Shown piece by piece: positions 1-13,875 of a stretch of 64,000 nucleotides of DNA (positions are counted from its first letter, which is position 1; each line of letters starts with the position of its first letter). Source of the stretch: an uncultured Methanosarcinaceae archaeon (GTDB taxonomy: Archaea > Halobacteriota > Methanosarcinia > Methanosarcinales > Methanosarcinaceae). Location: contig CAWHXP010000013.1 of the NCBI GenBank assembly GCA_963833425.1, positions 32,001 through 96,000 of the forward strand. The letters are read 5' to 3'. The notes below the pieces were generated by a model. It ran no database searches. It was given only the letters and a program-made list of their open reading frames with translations, and was not told the origin of the DNA. The translations under genes and the position numbers were made by a program.

Positions 1-214
1 TTTTAAATGTAGATTACTTTCCTTTTTCATTCTTTTTATTCTTTTTTCCCATTGCCAGCCTATACTTAGTAAGTTCCGAATATAGAATATTCAAATTTAC
101 CTCAAAGTTTTTTTCCCGCCTGAATCCTGTATAACTATTTCTCATTAATTTTTTTATTTGACTCGATTTTTTCTTTTCTGGTTTATTATTTTTTTTAATT
201 TTAGAAATAGATGT

Positions 215-1118
215 AGGTATCTTCAGAATACCCTTTATATTTTTATGTAATCAAATGAGAGATATTATAGAAAAAAGCTGTGCAAAACATCTTCATATTT
301 ACTCTTTGAACATAAGCGACAAGACTTTTCTTGCTAGAACACCTATTTAGTTACTGCGTAAACTAGTTCACATTAAGCTATTTTTTAGCAATCATCTTGT
401 TTCTGATATATTACTCATTCCAAGAAGATGTCATTTTACTCCTCTTTTCATTGTAGCATCTTAATTTTTTGATTTTGTTCACAGTATCCTCTGTCTCTAC
501 AAACAACTTCATTTTTTATTGATAAATTTACACTCGAATCATGAAGTATGAAGTTGTTGTTTTGAATTTTCTGATAAGCTCACAAACATGTTTATTATAC
601 TATGAAATTTATATGCAAGGTGTGACTTATCGTCCCATTTGTCCAGGTTCCATCTCTGATTCTTTTTTGCTTCATTTTTTCGAGGTTTATCATCTGTTGC
701 AGTCAAGGATCTAAATAGATACAGAATGATAAGACTGTAATACCGTTTAGTATGTACTGAGGAGAGTCACAAGATTTTCTGAAAAAAATTCGATCAATAC
801 ATTGTTTCTCAAGTTCAAAGTAGAAAAAAAATCATGCAATTCTGTAAAAAAAGCATTTTTAACATAACTATAACTATTACTTCAGCTTAGGTCTTCACCA
901 AGAAAATTGTTTGTCTAAGTGCATGGATGCAAAAATGATATAAAAAGACTCCAATCAATTAAGAAATGAATTTCAGCAAATTTGTCTCAAACTGACTTAA
1001 GATGTTTGTGGCCTTTTTAAGAGAAGAATCAGTGAGATTTTACATTAATTAAAATTAACGTTAAGAAATTTAAAATATCCAATCCTCAAATACATAGGAG
1101 TCTATCGAAATTCTCTGT
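215..1118 (-). mobile_element. Degraded IS5-family element (transposase pseudogene)
   Basis: Minus-strand fragments read RDGTW..., YKFH..., ELIRKFKTTT..HDS, NEVVCRDRGY, like Methanosarcina IS5 transposases. Many stops and frameshifts. 725-1118 is homologous to 4800-5192. The end TATCGAAATTCTCT matches the MITE-A TIR. Confidence 0.7.
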
Positions 1119-1842
1119 AATTCAGGCATCTTAGGAGAGTTTATATTATTCCTAGTGTGCTTTTCAAGAATTTCCTTATCTTTTGTTGGATTTGGCAGCA
1201 ATTAAATACACCAGTTTGTTTTATCCATTTTGAGAGAACGTCTCTTTTGAAAAAATATCGATTCATGTATAATGTTCCCACTTTTACTCCCATTATTTCG
1301 ATCTTTTCAAATAAGTATTTCATGAAGGTCGAATATTCTTTGTTTAAGCAGCTAATGTTAATAAAATAAAGTATTAGCTTAATCTCTCATTTATATTCAA
1401 GTTGAGAGTTAATATTCTAGGAAATTTTATTCTTTGGTTTTTATCCCTTCATACATGAGCTTGTATATATCACAATATGGGAATCTGACGCAAGTCAACG
1501 ACAATATTTCAAACATGATTTTTAAAATCCATCAAGTTAAAAACATCACTATTTATTTTGCTAAAGTGAGAAAGAATGTTTTCAAAGAATTGGAATTTAA
1601 ATAATTAAAAATAGTATCGTCTAGAAGAATCCTTATTTGGGGTATTTTTGATCTAGATAGTTTATTCCAAATTCAAGGGAATTTGTAGAAGATTTTGAGG
1701 GCTAGAATCAAATATTGCCAACCTCTAAAAGTTATAATTTATTTATTAGGTAAAGTCAATATATCAATGATACTACGAAATTCAGAAGATATAAGCAGTA
1801 AACTGTTCTTACCTATAACAAAATTGGGATTATTTTTTCATA

Positions 1843-1930
1843 AAGAAATCCTATAAACCTACGATTCCATAAAATTGCTTACAGGTATATTATGAACTAC
1901 CAACTAAAAATTGGGGTTTATCCGAATCCC
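1843..1930. repeat. MITE family A copy (degenerate, reverse orientation)
   Basis: AGAAATCCTATAAACC...GGGGTTTATCCGAATCCC resembles the family A TIRs; ~90 bp. Confidence 0.45.
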
Positions 1931-2219
1931 AATAATCGATGAATTAGTTACATTAAATAATTTTTTTATTTCAATGAATAGAAGCTACAACTCACTTTAC
2001 TCAGATGTGCACAAGAATACCATCCATTTTCTCAATATGACAGTAGCTTAAAAATTAATTTAGCTTTCAATAAATAATAGTTTCAAATAAAGCAAACAAA
2101 TTTTACATATGTGTATATCAGCAAGATCCCGATTGAAAAAATTTAAAAAATATTTAGGCTAATATTGAGGCAAAAATTTCCAAAAGAAAAGGATAACTTT
2201 TTTTATCTAACCTAGTTAT

Positions 2220-3842
<1,623 letters not shown>

Positions 3843-3989
3843 TTAATAGAATTTTTGAACCAAAAAGATAATTATATTAACTTAAGATAAAATAATCAAA
3901 TGAATGGTTTTTCTGAAATATCTCATGGAATATTTCTGTAAAAAAATAACATCAATATCCTCATGATATAAAAAACACTCTCTAATTTA

Positions 3990-4216
3990 ACATGGAAGTA
4001 AATGACTAAAATGATTCCTTACCTGCTCTTTCTCTCTCAAGCTTTTTACCCATTATTGAGTTTCTTTATTAATTATGTTACTTGTGCATCAACATCGAAT
4101 GTCTCAGTTTCAACAGTCTTCCTCTTTGAATTTATCTCCCATATATATCCTCTTTTATCTTTGTATATCACGTCATTTGTAATCATATTCCATAAATTGT
4201 GGCAATTTTCCTTGCC
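3990..4216 (-). mobile_element. IS110-family transposase C-terminal relic
   Basis: Minus strand reads ARKIATI.W.MITND..Y across frameshifts; homologous to 23410-23632. Family assignment from recalled Methanosarcina IS110 C-termini. Confidence 0.55.
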
Positions 4217-4249
4217 AAAGAATAAATGATTTCGCATGTCAAATTGATT

Positions 4250-5192
4250 TATTCTTTCAATAAAAAAAACTCTCTTAATCTGCGATTTCTTTTCTTATCG
4301 CTCTGAGCCATCTGCATTAAAATCCATCTTGATATGGTTAGTTCTCTTTTTGAGCTGATCATCCTGTCCCTTAGGATAGCAGTTATCACCAGTGGTGTTC
4401 TTTTATTGCTCTTTTCATTATTGCATCATAACCTTTTGATCTTGCTCAAAAGTATCCTCTATCAATGTAAACCACTTCTTTTTTTCAGATAAATCTACCT
4501 GATCATAAAATTATGCAGCTGTTGTCTTGAATCTTCTTATCAGCTAAGAATTCCGGTATATTATGTAATGTATTTTAGATCCAAAGTAAGATTTTTACCT
4601 TTTCCATTTATGTTCAATCTCTGATCATCCTTTTTTGCTCCAGCTTTTTGATATTTATCTGCTTTTTACGTGAACAAGATCTGAGGATAAAAGTAGCGTC
4701 TTGAATTGTCCTTTTTTATTTCAACCCAAGGCTATTAAAGTGGCTTTTCAACTATTCATTGATTTATTCTTCTTTGAAGTTATCAATAATTCTTTTCCTG
4801 AATGATCAGAATGTGATATTTTCTTGTATGTACAAAGGAAAAATCAACAAATTTTCTGAAAGAAATCTGATAAATTCATTGCTTCACAAGTTCAAAGTCG
4901 GGAAAAAAAAATCATAAATTATTTTAAAACAACTATTTTAAAAATAATAATGACTTCATCTCCAGATCTGCCTCATAAAACTTTTTGTTAAAATGAATGG
5001 ACTCAAAAATGATACGAAAAAACTTCCGATCAATTCAGGAATCAATTGCAGCAAGTTCGTTATCAACTGACAGAAAAAATATGTATTTAGCTTTAAGAGA
5101 AAAATCAGTAAGATTTTTCACGAATAAAAATTATTGTAAATATATTTAAAGTTTCCAATACTCAAAAGCAGAGAAGCTTATAATAATTCTCA
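4250..5192 (-). mobile_element. Degraded IS5-family element, second copy
   Basis: IQDATFI motif near 4690-4710, then LIRRFKTTA, DLSEKKEVVY fragments; paralogous to 215-1118. Confidence 0.7.
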
Positions 5193-5404
5193 GTAACTTC
5201 CCACCTGCTTAATATCAGTTTGATTATGTCCATTTTGACTTATGTTCTAATTAATTGATATGTTAATAAAAAACATGATCAATGACTTACAATTAGAAAG
5301 GCAAAAAAGCTGCACAGTGATTCCTGATAAAAACATCCATTGATGTTGTTTTACCCAGGATAAATATTTGCAAAAAAAATTAGAGCTTCCAAAAATCTTA
5401 AACA

Positions 5405-5479
5405 TAGCGGGGGATGGATTCGAACCATCGGTCTACGGGTTATGAGCCCGTCGGGATCTCCTGGCTACCCTACCCCGCT
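5405..5479 (-). tRNA. Initiator tRNA-Met (CAT)
   Basis: Reverse complement AGCGGGG...GGGCTCATAACCC...GGTTCGAATCC...CCCCGCTA. A1-U72 pair and three G-C pairs in the anticodon stem; no intron, CCA not encoded. Confidence 0.97.
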
Positions 5480-5589
5480 ACAGGGTTATTAGTCGTGTCA
5501 TTTTATTGGTGCAGATATCTCAAAATACAGCTATAGATTAAATAGTTTTCGCTTGACGTTCCAGTTTCTAGGAAGAATCTCAAATTAGC

Positions 5590-6420
5590 TCTTTAAATCC
5601 AGAATCTAATTTGACAATTGTTTTAAAATATCCCCGAATGAATTTTTACTTTGAACCTTTTTTAATCCCTTAAACACCACTAATTGATATGCAATAACGT
5701 CCCAGCATATTGGATATCTGCTTCACTGTCTTATTCTACTTATTTCAGATTTTACTTTATTCATAATATGGTTTGTCCCTTTTTGCATTCCAGTCTTTTT
5801 CCGGAGAGTTCTTTAAATGAATCATCTATAATATTTTGGTTTTTCATGGACATTCAACCTCTATCATTTTTCCATTCTAGCACAGGAAACTGAGTTATCT
5901 TTGATTCTTGAATTGATATATCTTCCTTTTTCTAAATTTTATTGGCCAAGTGTTCTATTCTTTCAATTTTTTCGTCCTAGTGTTACAGTATTTGATGCAC
6001 AAGAGATGATTGATTTTGCTTTTAGGTGGCACCATATTTAGCATGATTAAGGAACTAATCATAACTCGGTCAGTAGAATGTATTATATATCAGCATTATT
6101 TTTTGCAAAGCTTCGATATGTTTGATAGTTTGCGAGAATCAGAGGCGAGACAATAAGTAGAAGTCATGAAAATGGATAGTTTCCAACATCGTGATATACG
6201 TTTTATCCATTTATTCATAATGAGTATTATATCAGAATGCGTATAATATCTTGAAGCTCCGAGTGGAATTGTGTCGACCTTAGCTTCCTTTTATGGTTAG
6301 AGTTTTAGGATTTTTTCCACCAAATAATATAATTATCTTATTGATTCCTCCCTCTCCAGCCTGCAATTCATAAAATGACGAAGGATTTCGCCCGAATGAA
6401 GTTTTATTTCGCTATTTTCA
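5590..6420 (-). pseudogene. Highly decayed ORF, possibly IS4/IS5-type transposase
   Basis: Coding-like fragments with many stops; SEISRIR and FKGLKKVQ resemble DDE transposase C-termini. Confidence 0.3.
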
Positions 6421-6754
6421 TAAAAATAGATATAAAATAGCTTATTCCTTTGTCAAGGAAAAAAAATGGTTTGATCATACTAAAGTTTTCGAAACATTTC
6501 AAAACAAAGGGTGTTATATGCCTTGCAGCTTGTAGCAGAATGAAAACTTTTCCGACAACAATTATTAATTGACTTATGAACCATTAAACTTTCAAAAAAA
6601 TATGTCGATAGAGCTCTATTTTTTATTAATTTATGGGTTTTTGATTTCTTGCAGTCATTGTCAATATAATTGATTTTAAATTTTGGTGATCTCAAGTAAA
6701 ATTAAAAAATTCCTTAAATCATTAAAACATTTGTGGTAAAAATTTTTGGATGTA

Positions 6755-8221
6755 TTATTCTCCTGCGTTTTCTACTCCTACTACACCCAAGAATCTCTTG
6801 ACCACTGATTCATTAACCAACCTCAATAGTGTCTGTCTATCTTTTGTAGAGCTGAAAACTCCAAGAGGAATCTGGGCTCCAGCTGCATTTGCATGCCCAC
6901 CTGCATCTTCGCCAAAAGCCTGGCGCATAATTTCGCCAAGGTTAACTCTAATATCATTGCTGCGTCCCGAGATGTAAATGCGGTCTTCAGTGACTCCAAA
7001 AACGACTGTTGTGGAAATTCCTTCAAGGCTCAAGAGGTAATCCGCAGCTTGCGGTAGAGTGTCTCTGTCCCTAATGTTTCCGACGTTTGAGAGAAGGTAA
7101 CTTCCAAGTACCTGACGATTTCGGATGGCTTCTCCGAGTACTTCCAGAGTTTCAATAGCCATCGAAGGCTGCTCAAGCTGGTCAAGGATTCCATGATTTG
7201 AAAGTGGATAGAGGTATGAAGCAGCTGAGAGGTCTGCAGGATCTGTTTTCCGCTTGAAGTCTTGGGTGTCAGTCCGAATACCATATAGCAGAGCTGTTGA
7301 CAAGGTTTTTGATATATTAATATTAAGCTGCTGGAGGTATTTTGTCATAATAGTTGCAGTTGCCCCAAAATTTGGCCGAATATCTATGTACTCAGCCTTT
7401 ACCTCCGTTTCCCCGGGTGGGTGATGGTCAATTACGATGCCCACATATGAATTGGGTGGAACCATGTTGTTAACACCAGGAACAGAACAGTCTATAAGGG
7501 CAATTTCATCAAAATTTTGAAGATTATTATCTTCAATCTTGCCAAGGTCGATACCTAAAAGGTTTACAAAGGCTTTGTTTTCCTGGTGTCCGATCCTGCC
7601 ATGGTAGAGGATATTTGCTTCTACACCAAGACTTTTTGCAATTTCCTTCAGTGCAAGTCCGCTTGAGATCGCATCAGGATCAGGATTATCATGAATTACA
7701 ATAGCAAGTTTTTTATCCCTTATTCCCTTCAGCCACCTTGCAAGCCTGTTGCCCCTGTGTACTGATTCAGCCCTTTCAAGGGAACGAGAAAGGGAGCTTG
7801 CAATAAGTTTGGATGGCATAAAGACATAATCTGCTCCGAGGTTTTCCATCTTTTCCTTATTAATTATATCTGAAGCCCGGGAAAATAGCTGGACATCAGG
7901 GTTGACCACAGTTTTAAAATTTTCAAGTCCCTTCCGATTTGCTTCGTTATTGGAAGTCAGGAAAAGTATAACTACAACATTTTTAAGATCAATCTTATTA
8001 ACGAGCTCAGGATCTGAGATGTCACCTGCGATTGTTTCGAAGCCTTCCTCTCTAAGAGTTTCCACCTTGGCTTCATCTTTATCTGCAATGATCACCAACT
8101 TGTTGCTTTCCCTTAGCTCTTTTGCAAGTGCAAAACCAACACTTCCACTACCTAGGACCAAGTATCTGGGTTTGATTGAATTTTTAAGGTTGCTATCAAC
8201 ATCTTTTGAAAAATTAGACAA
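6755..8221 (-). CDS. DHH-family phosphoesterase with N-terminal TrkA-N (RCK) domain
   Basis: GSGSVG Rossmann motif, HDNPDPDA, IDHH, GIRTDT, AGGH (DHHA1); TTG start. Confidence 0.9.
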   Translation of the reverse strand: MSNFSKDVDSNLKNSIKPRYLVLGSGSVGFALAKELRESNKLVIIADKDEAKVETLREEGFETIAGDISDPELVNKIDLKNVVVILFLTSNNEANRKGLENFKTVVNPDVQLFSRASDIINKEKMENLGADYVFMPSKLIASSLSRSLERAESVHRGNRLARWLKGIRDKKLAIVIHDNPDPDAISSGLALKEIAKSLGVEANILYHGRIGHQENKAFVNLLGIDLGKIEDNNLQNFDEIALIDCSVPGVNNMVPPNSYVGIVIDHHPPGETEVKAEYIDIRPNFGATATIMTKYLQQLNINISKTLSTALLYGIRTDTQDFKRKTDPADLSAASYLYPLSNHGILDQLEQPSMAIETLEVLGEAIRNRQVLGSYLLSNVGNIRDRDTLPQAADYLLSLEGISTTVVFGVTEDRIYISGRSNDIRVNLGEIMRQAFGEDAGGHANAAGAQIPLGVFSSTKDRQTLLRLVNESVVKRFLGVVGVENAGE

Positions 8222-8536
8222 AAATAATCCTCCTTGTCTTATGTAAATCCGATACCTGCAGAGGAAGGCGAATACCGATTAAAATCCTGCATGATTTGCA
8301 GTTTTACTAAAGTCAGTGACTTTTAATTGATTGCCATATTGGCTCTTTTATTTCAATTTTATTGCTTATATTCTTTATTAATATAGTTACTTCTTATCAC
8401 TTTTCCTGCTCATATCAAACTTAGTGAAGTACACAGAACAAATTTTAATGAAAATTGCTTAGCTTTATTTGGGGGATTAACTTAGGCTCTTGTGATTGAC
8501 ATGGATTTCCGCATAATTTAGTCTGGCAGGTATGTA

Positions 8537-8630
8537 TAGAGGATTTCGATAAACCCTTAAATTTCATCATATGCTTATAAAATTATATGTTGGTAATTCA
8601 TAGAAATAAGAGGTTAATTGAAATCCCCTA
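8537..8630. repeat. MITE family A copy
   Basis: TAGAGGATTTCGATAAACC...GGTTAATTGAAATCCCCTA terminal inverted repeats, 94 bp. Confidence 0.75.
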
Positions 8631-8846
8631 TATAATAGCGAAATGCAACGTATATAGTAATAATATCAAATAATAAATATCAAATAATATTTCCTTGATT
8701 AAAATATAATGAATAATTTGCTTCAATTATCGTTGAGATATTTAATGATTTCTATAATAGTTCCTGATATTAGTTAATTCAGATTTAAAGAGACTATTTG
8801 CTGAATGTTAAAAGTAGAATAACAAAAAAATATATGAGTAATTATT

Positions 8847-10354
8847 ATGAAGTGTATCAGTTCTTCGCAGATGAGGGCAATTGATAAAAATTGCGAATAC
8901 CTTGGCCTATTGCCTATCCAGTTAATGGAGAATGCTGGGGCTATCGTCGCGCAAAATATAAGAGAAAAGATGGAATGTGGGAAAGTACTTTTTGTCGCAG
9001 GCCTGGGAAATAATGGAGGTGATGCTTTTGTTGCCGCCAGACATCTTGCAGGCTTATCAGGCTATACTATCAAATTAATTTTGCTGGGCAAGGCTCAAGA
9101 CATAAAAACCAGAGAATCCTGCCATAACTTTTCCCTGTTAAAGTTCAGCCGATTGCAAGTACTCGAAATCAAGGATTCAAGTCAGCTTATGTCTGCAGCC
9201 TCTGACTGGTTTTCGGAAGCCGATCTGCTAGTAGACTCCATATTCGGGACAGGAGTAAAAGGGAGTATGAAAGAACCAGAGTCAACAGCTGTTGACTTTA
9301 TAAACAAGGAAGAAAAAGCGGGGAAAATAGTAATCTCTGTTGATATCCCTTCAGGTGTGGATCCTGATGGCGGTGATTTTGAAAAAGCTGTGCATGCAAA
9401 GCTTACAGTCACCTTTCACAGAATGAAAAGAGGGCTCATAAGCGAGAAAGCAAAAGGATATATTGGTACTATAAAAATTGCAGATATAGGAATTTGTGCG
9501 GACGCCGAAAAATATGTGGGCCCTGGAGACCTAACGATGTTGCATAAACGAAAGTCTGAAGGGCACAAAGGAGATTCTGGAAAGATTCTTGTGATAGGAG
9601 GCGGTCCTTACTCAGGTGCTCCGGCTCTTGCATCTCTTGCAGCTTTGAGGGGGGGGCAGATATTGTAACCGTAGCGATTCCTGAGCCTATATCAAAAATA
9701 ATTGGATCCTATTCTCCTAACCTGATAGTCAGAAAATTATCTTCGGATTTGCTCTGCCCCGATGACCTTTCAATTCTCATTGATCTTATTAACTCACATG
9801 ACGTCGTCGTATTGGGCATGGGACTAGGGAGAGCCTCAGAAACCCTAGAAGCTGTCGGAAAAATACTGCCGTTCTGCAAGAGAGCCGTCTTAGATGCAGA
9901 TGCTCTTTCAGCTCTCTCCTGCTCTACTTTTGAGTCTCTTACAGGCAAATGTGAATTGATAGTTACCCCACATGCAAGAGAATTCAACAGTTTGAGTGAC
10001 ATGGAACTTTCTGAAAATCAGGAGGCTCGTATCAAAACTGTAAAGGAATTTTCGGAGAAAAGAGATATTGTAACACTCCTCAAAGGAAAAATAGACATTA
10101 TTTCTGATGGAAAACAGACCCTTCTGAACAGAACAGGAAATGCGGGCATGACGGTAGGAGGTACAGGGGATGTCTTGGCAGGACTAACAGGAGCCCTTTT
10201 TACCAGGAATTCAGCATTTCTTGCAGCAGCCTGTGCCGCGTATATCAATGGAGCAGCTGGAGATCTAGCTTTTGAGGAAGCAGGGAATGGCCTGCTTGCA
10301 ACGGACGTAATCGAAAAAATTACTGAAATAGTTAAAGGGAAATGTATAGGGTAA
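8847..10354 (+). pseudogene. nnr: Bifunctional NAD(P)HX epimerase/dehydratase (YjeF/Nnr), frameshifted at a G8 run
   Basis: LMENAG, GNNGGD, VDIPSG, HKGDSG, then in another frame LDADA, TPH, GGTGDVLAG. One extra G at 9649-9656 restores LRGGADIVTVA. Confidence 0.85.
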
Positions 10355-10472
10355 TGAAGGTACACTATAAATATTTCATATGGTAATGGAAGTATAAAAA
10401 TGCAAATCGAATTTAATATTACAAACTTATGAATACTGTGTGGAAATGTGACATAAAGTCGGAGATAACAAG

Positions 10473-10658
10473 ATGGTAATGGGAATTGGAAGGAAAATAA
10501 ATATAGAAATTGAAAGGAATCGGATACGAATCGCTATTTTTCACGGAGAAGACGAGGAAATTATAAAGCTAGACTTTGATGAAGCCAAAGAGCTTACAGA
10601 AGAACTAGGGAAGGTACTCGAGGACTATTCAAGAAGAAAGAAAATAAGGATTGACTAA
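10473..10658 (+). CDS. Small conserved-looking hypothetical protein
   Basis: Clean 61-aa ORF with GGAG-like RBS and protein-like composition. Confidence 0.75.
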   Translation: MVMGIGRKINIEIERNRIRIAIFHGEDEEIIKLDFDEAKELTEELGKVLEDYSRRKKIRID

Positions 10659-10908
10659 AGGGATAGAAACAAATTCAAATTACTTAACGAAAACCTAAGG
10701 CCATAGATTAAAAAATTGGATTTGATATATTTAAACTTCTCATTGAGGAATGTCTGGGAAGAAAGTAAGAGCTAGGATAGTAGTGGAGTGTATGAGATAA
10801 ATGAATGGGGATAAAGCGGAGGAAAAATTTTAGTAAATTAGTGAAGCCAATTAAAATAAGCTTTTTAAAGGATGGAATCTATCAAGACGGCAGACTGAGG
10901 TATATGTT

Positions 10909-11760
10909 TTGAAGATAGTAGGTGGACCAGCATCACAATTACTTGCCAGCCGCACTGCCAAAGCTTTAGGGACAGAGCCAGTGCTCTGCGAATTTAACCG
11001 TTTTCCTGACGGGGAACTTTACCTCCGGATCGCAGATGAGACAAAAGACGAGAATGTAACCATTATCCAGAGTACACCTAACGATTCAGATTTCGTATCC
11101 CTGCTCCAACTTATTAATGCCTGTAATGAGGCAAGAGAACTCAATGTTGTAATCCCTTACATGGGATACGCCAGACAAGATAAAAGATTCAAAACTGGAG
11201 AGCCAATCAGTGCCCGCGCAATTGCCTGCTGCGTCAATGCTGATCGTATCTTTACAATAAATATCCATGCAAAGAATGTTCTTAAATATTTCCCATGTCC
11301 TGCCAAAAACCTCGATGCTGCTAAACTGCTTGGAGAATATATTGCAGGTTTTGGTCTGGAAAATCCGATTTTGGTTGCTCCTGATTCTGGCGCCAAAGTG
11401 CTTGTTAAGAATGTTTCTTCAGATCAGGGTTTCGATTACGATCACCTGCATAAAACCAGACTTAGCGGAGACACTGTTATAATCAATACAAAGAATGTCG
11501 ACGTAACAGGCAGGCACGTAGTCCTTGTAGATGATATGATATCGACAGGTGGTACTATGGCTGAATCTATTAGGATTCTTAGAGATCAGGGAGCAGTTGA
11601 CGTGCATCTTGCTTGCGTGCATCCTGTTCTTGTAAGAAATGCGACATTAAGACTTTTTAATGCTGGCGTAAAAGATATAATTGCAACTGATACTCTCGAA
11701 AAAGCTGAGAGCATACTGAGCGTTGCCCCTTTAATTGCAGATGCTTTGAAGCATATCTGA
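10909..11760 (+). CDS. prs: Ribose-phosphate pyrophosphokinase
   Basis: FPDGE, PYMGYARQD, APDSGA, VDDMISTGGT. Confidence 0.97.
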   Translation: MKIVGGPASQLLASRTAKALGTEPVLCEFNRFPDGELYLRIADETKDENVTIIQSTPNDSDFVSLLQLINACNEARELNVVIPYMGYARQDKRFKTGEPISARAIACCVNADRIFTINIHAKNVLKYFPCPAKNLDAAKLLGEYIAGFGLENPILVAPDSGAKVLVKNVSSDQGFDYDHLHKTRLSGDTVIINTKNVDVTGRHVVLVDDMISTGGTMAESIRILRDQGAVDVHLACVHPVLVRNATLRLFNAGVKDIIATDTLEKAESILSVAPLIADALKHI

Positions 11761-11822
11761 GAATACTATTTTAATTTTTATTACCGTTAACTATTTTTCA
11801 TATTCTGCTATTCTTTAGTACT

Positions 11823-12600
11823 ATGACCCTCCCAGAAATTTGCCCACTTGGCGATAACCAAACGTGTAAAGGGCGAGAATGTCACCTTTTCTTCCTTGAG
11901 TGGAGATTGAGAGAACCCATATGCCTTATAGGCTACAGTACAACAAGTAAACTTAAGTCTGGAAAAGCTGACCGAAACAAAGACACTTACGCTGAAGACA
12001 CCTTCCGCAAGTTAAGTGGACAACCAATCTATAAAAAGAAAAATGTCTCTGAAAAGGGAGATTGGGTTCCCACTAGGCTTGCAGAAAATTTTTTGGAAAA
12101 ATCTGCTGAAAGGAAAAATATCTCTAAAAAAGAAGATTGATTCCTACTTAGCTTGCAGAAGAATCCATGGAAAAACCTGCTGAAATGACAGAAGAAAATT
12201 TTACCCCTAAACATTCCCACAAAACAGTTGTCTTAACCCCTGGTCCAAAAAAAATGAGAAAACAATGATTTTAGGTCAAAAGAAGTGTATACTGCAATTG
12301 GAGTCGGGAAAGTTTCCCTAAAAATTGAAGCCATAATGACAAAAGAGCCTTATGAAGGAAACTCAATTATATGTACTAAAACTCAGCCAGAAGTCATGGA
12401 AAAGTTAAATTTGCCTAGAAAAGTAGTTTCAAGCAATAAAAACTACAATATTTATATCAATTGATACAGATGACAAAACGGATAATTCTCCTTAAGCAAT
12501 GAAGAAAATACAAAAAGAACTCTGAAAATAGGGAAAAAGACGAGAGCTTGATGAAGTCATGGCTATAGAATTTTCTGAAGTTCATGATAAATAATTCTGG
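11823..12600 (+). pseudogene. Cys-rich hypothetical protein, truncated at 12140 with a decayed 3' part
   Basis: N-terminus CPLGDNQTCKGREC; an internal ~75-bp duplication (DWVPTRLAENFLEKSAE) has a frameshift and stop in its second copy; coding-like debris follows. Confidence 0.55.
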
Positions 12601-12786
12601 AGTTAAAAGCCTCTGACAGAGCGGAAATTGCTAATTCAGAGATTTGTACTGGAGTTCATAAAAAAACTTTACTTGCCCTTGAATGTGATGTTGCTTTATT
12701 CAATAGTGGCATTTTTGAAGCTAATCTGCAAAATTTCTTGAAGAGACCGTTATTTGGAGTTTTCGGGTTTTAGGGCTTTGATATCA

Positions 12787-12876
12787 TAGAGGATTTCGAT
12801 CAACCTCTTATTTCAACAAATCGCTTATATGGACTCTATAAGCAACAAACAGAAGGTTGCAGTTAATCGTCCTCTG
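12787..12876. repeat. MITE family A copy
   Basis: TAGAGGATTTCGATCAACC...TCCTCTG. Confidence 0.6.
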
Positions 12877-13020
12877 TAATCTATGAGCATTAAAAGAAAT
12901 CATGTTAAAATCAATTATTCATCTGAAATAAATTTATGATATTGTATGCTTCTCTTCATATTGATTAATTTTCATTTTGCATGCTCCAGAAAAACACAAA
13001 AGGGAATATGTTGATTTAGA

Positions 13021-13809
13021 ATGGACCGCCAGAAATACAAGAACGTATATAGTTCACTGCACGATTTTAAAGACGTTTTCCATTTTTCGGAAAAATATGA
13101 AGAACCTGCAGGCATGCTCGCAACAATTCTGAATCAGAAAGTCGTGAAAATGACAAGGTTCAAACACAGAAAGATCTATGCCAGAGAACATGAACTTTTT
13201 TTGATATGGAAGCAGGGTCTTTCGATTCTTGAACTTGCTAAATTTAATGCTTTTCCTCCAACACTTATGGCGTCTTTAATAATGAAGAATTTTGACATCT
13301 CCAGGAAAAATATAAACTGGCTTTTTAAGAATATCGATTCCATCAAAAACCACCGCCTTAGAAAAGAGGTAGAAAGAGCTCTTGAAGCAGACTATTTTTT
13401 TTCCCCTCGCGCCCACGAGATGCAATGTAAAAAGGGGGAAATGGGAGAAACAGTCATCAGAAAATGGCTGGATGACAGGGGAATTCTCTATTTCACTGAA
13501 GCAGAAATTCGGGCTCAGGGAGATGGCAAGACCCCTGACTTTGTCCTGGCAAGCCCTATATGCATAGATAAGCTCATGGTCAGCTGGATTGAAAGCAAAG
13601 CTCTCTTCGGGGACGACTTCGAACACGAACGTTATGCAAAAAAGCAGTTTAGAGAGTACGTCAATATTTTCGGAAAAGGAATGGTTGTTTATTGGTATGG
13701 TTACCTCGAAGATCTTCCTGCAAATAGCTTCCTGGTAAAGAATCATAACTTTTTTGAAGAATTCAAGACGGAAGTAGATGAACTGTCCAACTACCTTGTG
13801 TACTGGTAA
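13021..13809 (+). CDS. C15orf41/CDIN1-family (TPD domain) PD-(D/E)xK nuclease-like protein
   Basis: GEMGE, KTPDFVL, WIESKALFGD, KQF..Y...FG.G.VVYWYG motifs of the TPD/CDIN1 family. Confidence 0.85.
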   Translation: MDRQKYKNVYSSLHDFKDVFHFSEKYEEPAGMLATILNQKVVKMTRFKHRKIYAREHELFLIWKQGLSILELAKFNAFPPTLMASLIMKNFDISRKNINWLFKNIDSIKNHRLRKEVERALEADYFFSPRAHEMQCKKGEMGETVIRKWLDDRGILYFTEAEIRAQGDGKTPDFVLASPICIDKLMVSWIESKALFGDDFEHERYAKKQFREYVNIFGKGMVVYWYGYLEDLPANSFLVKNHNFFEEFKTEVDELSNYLVYW

Positions 13810-13875
13810 ACCAGCTTAAGGCCATAAAGCTATTTTAGAGAGATTTATTCGGAATTTTTTTGCAAGTTGTATTTT

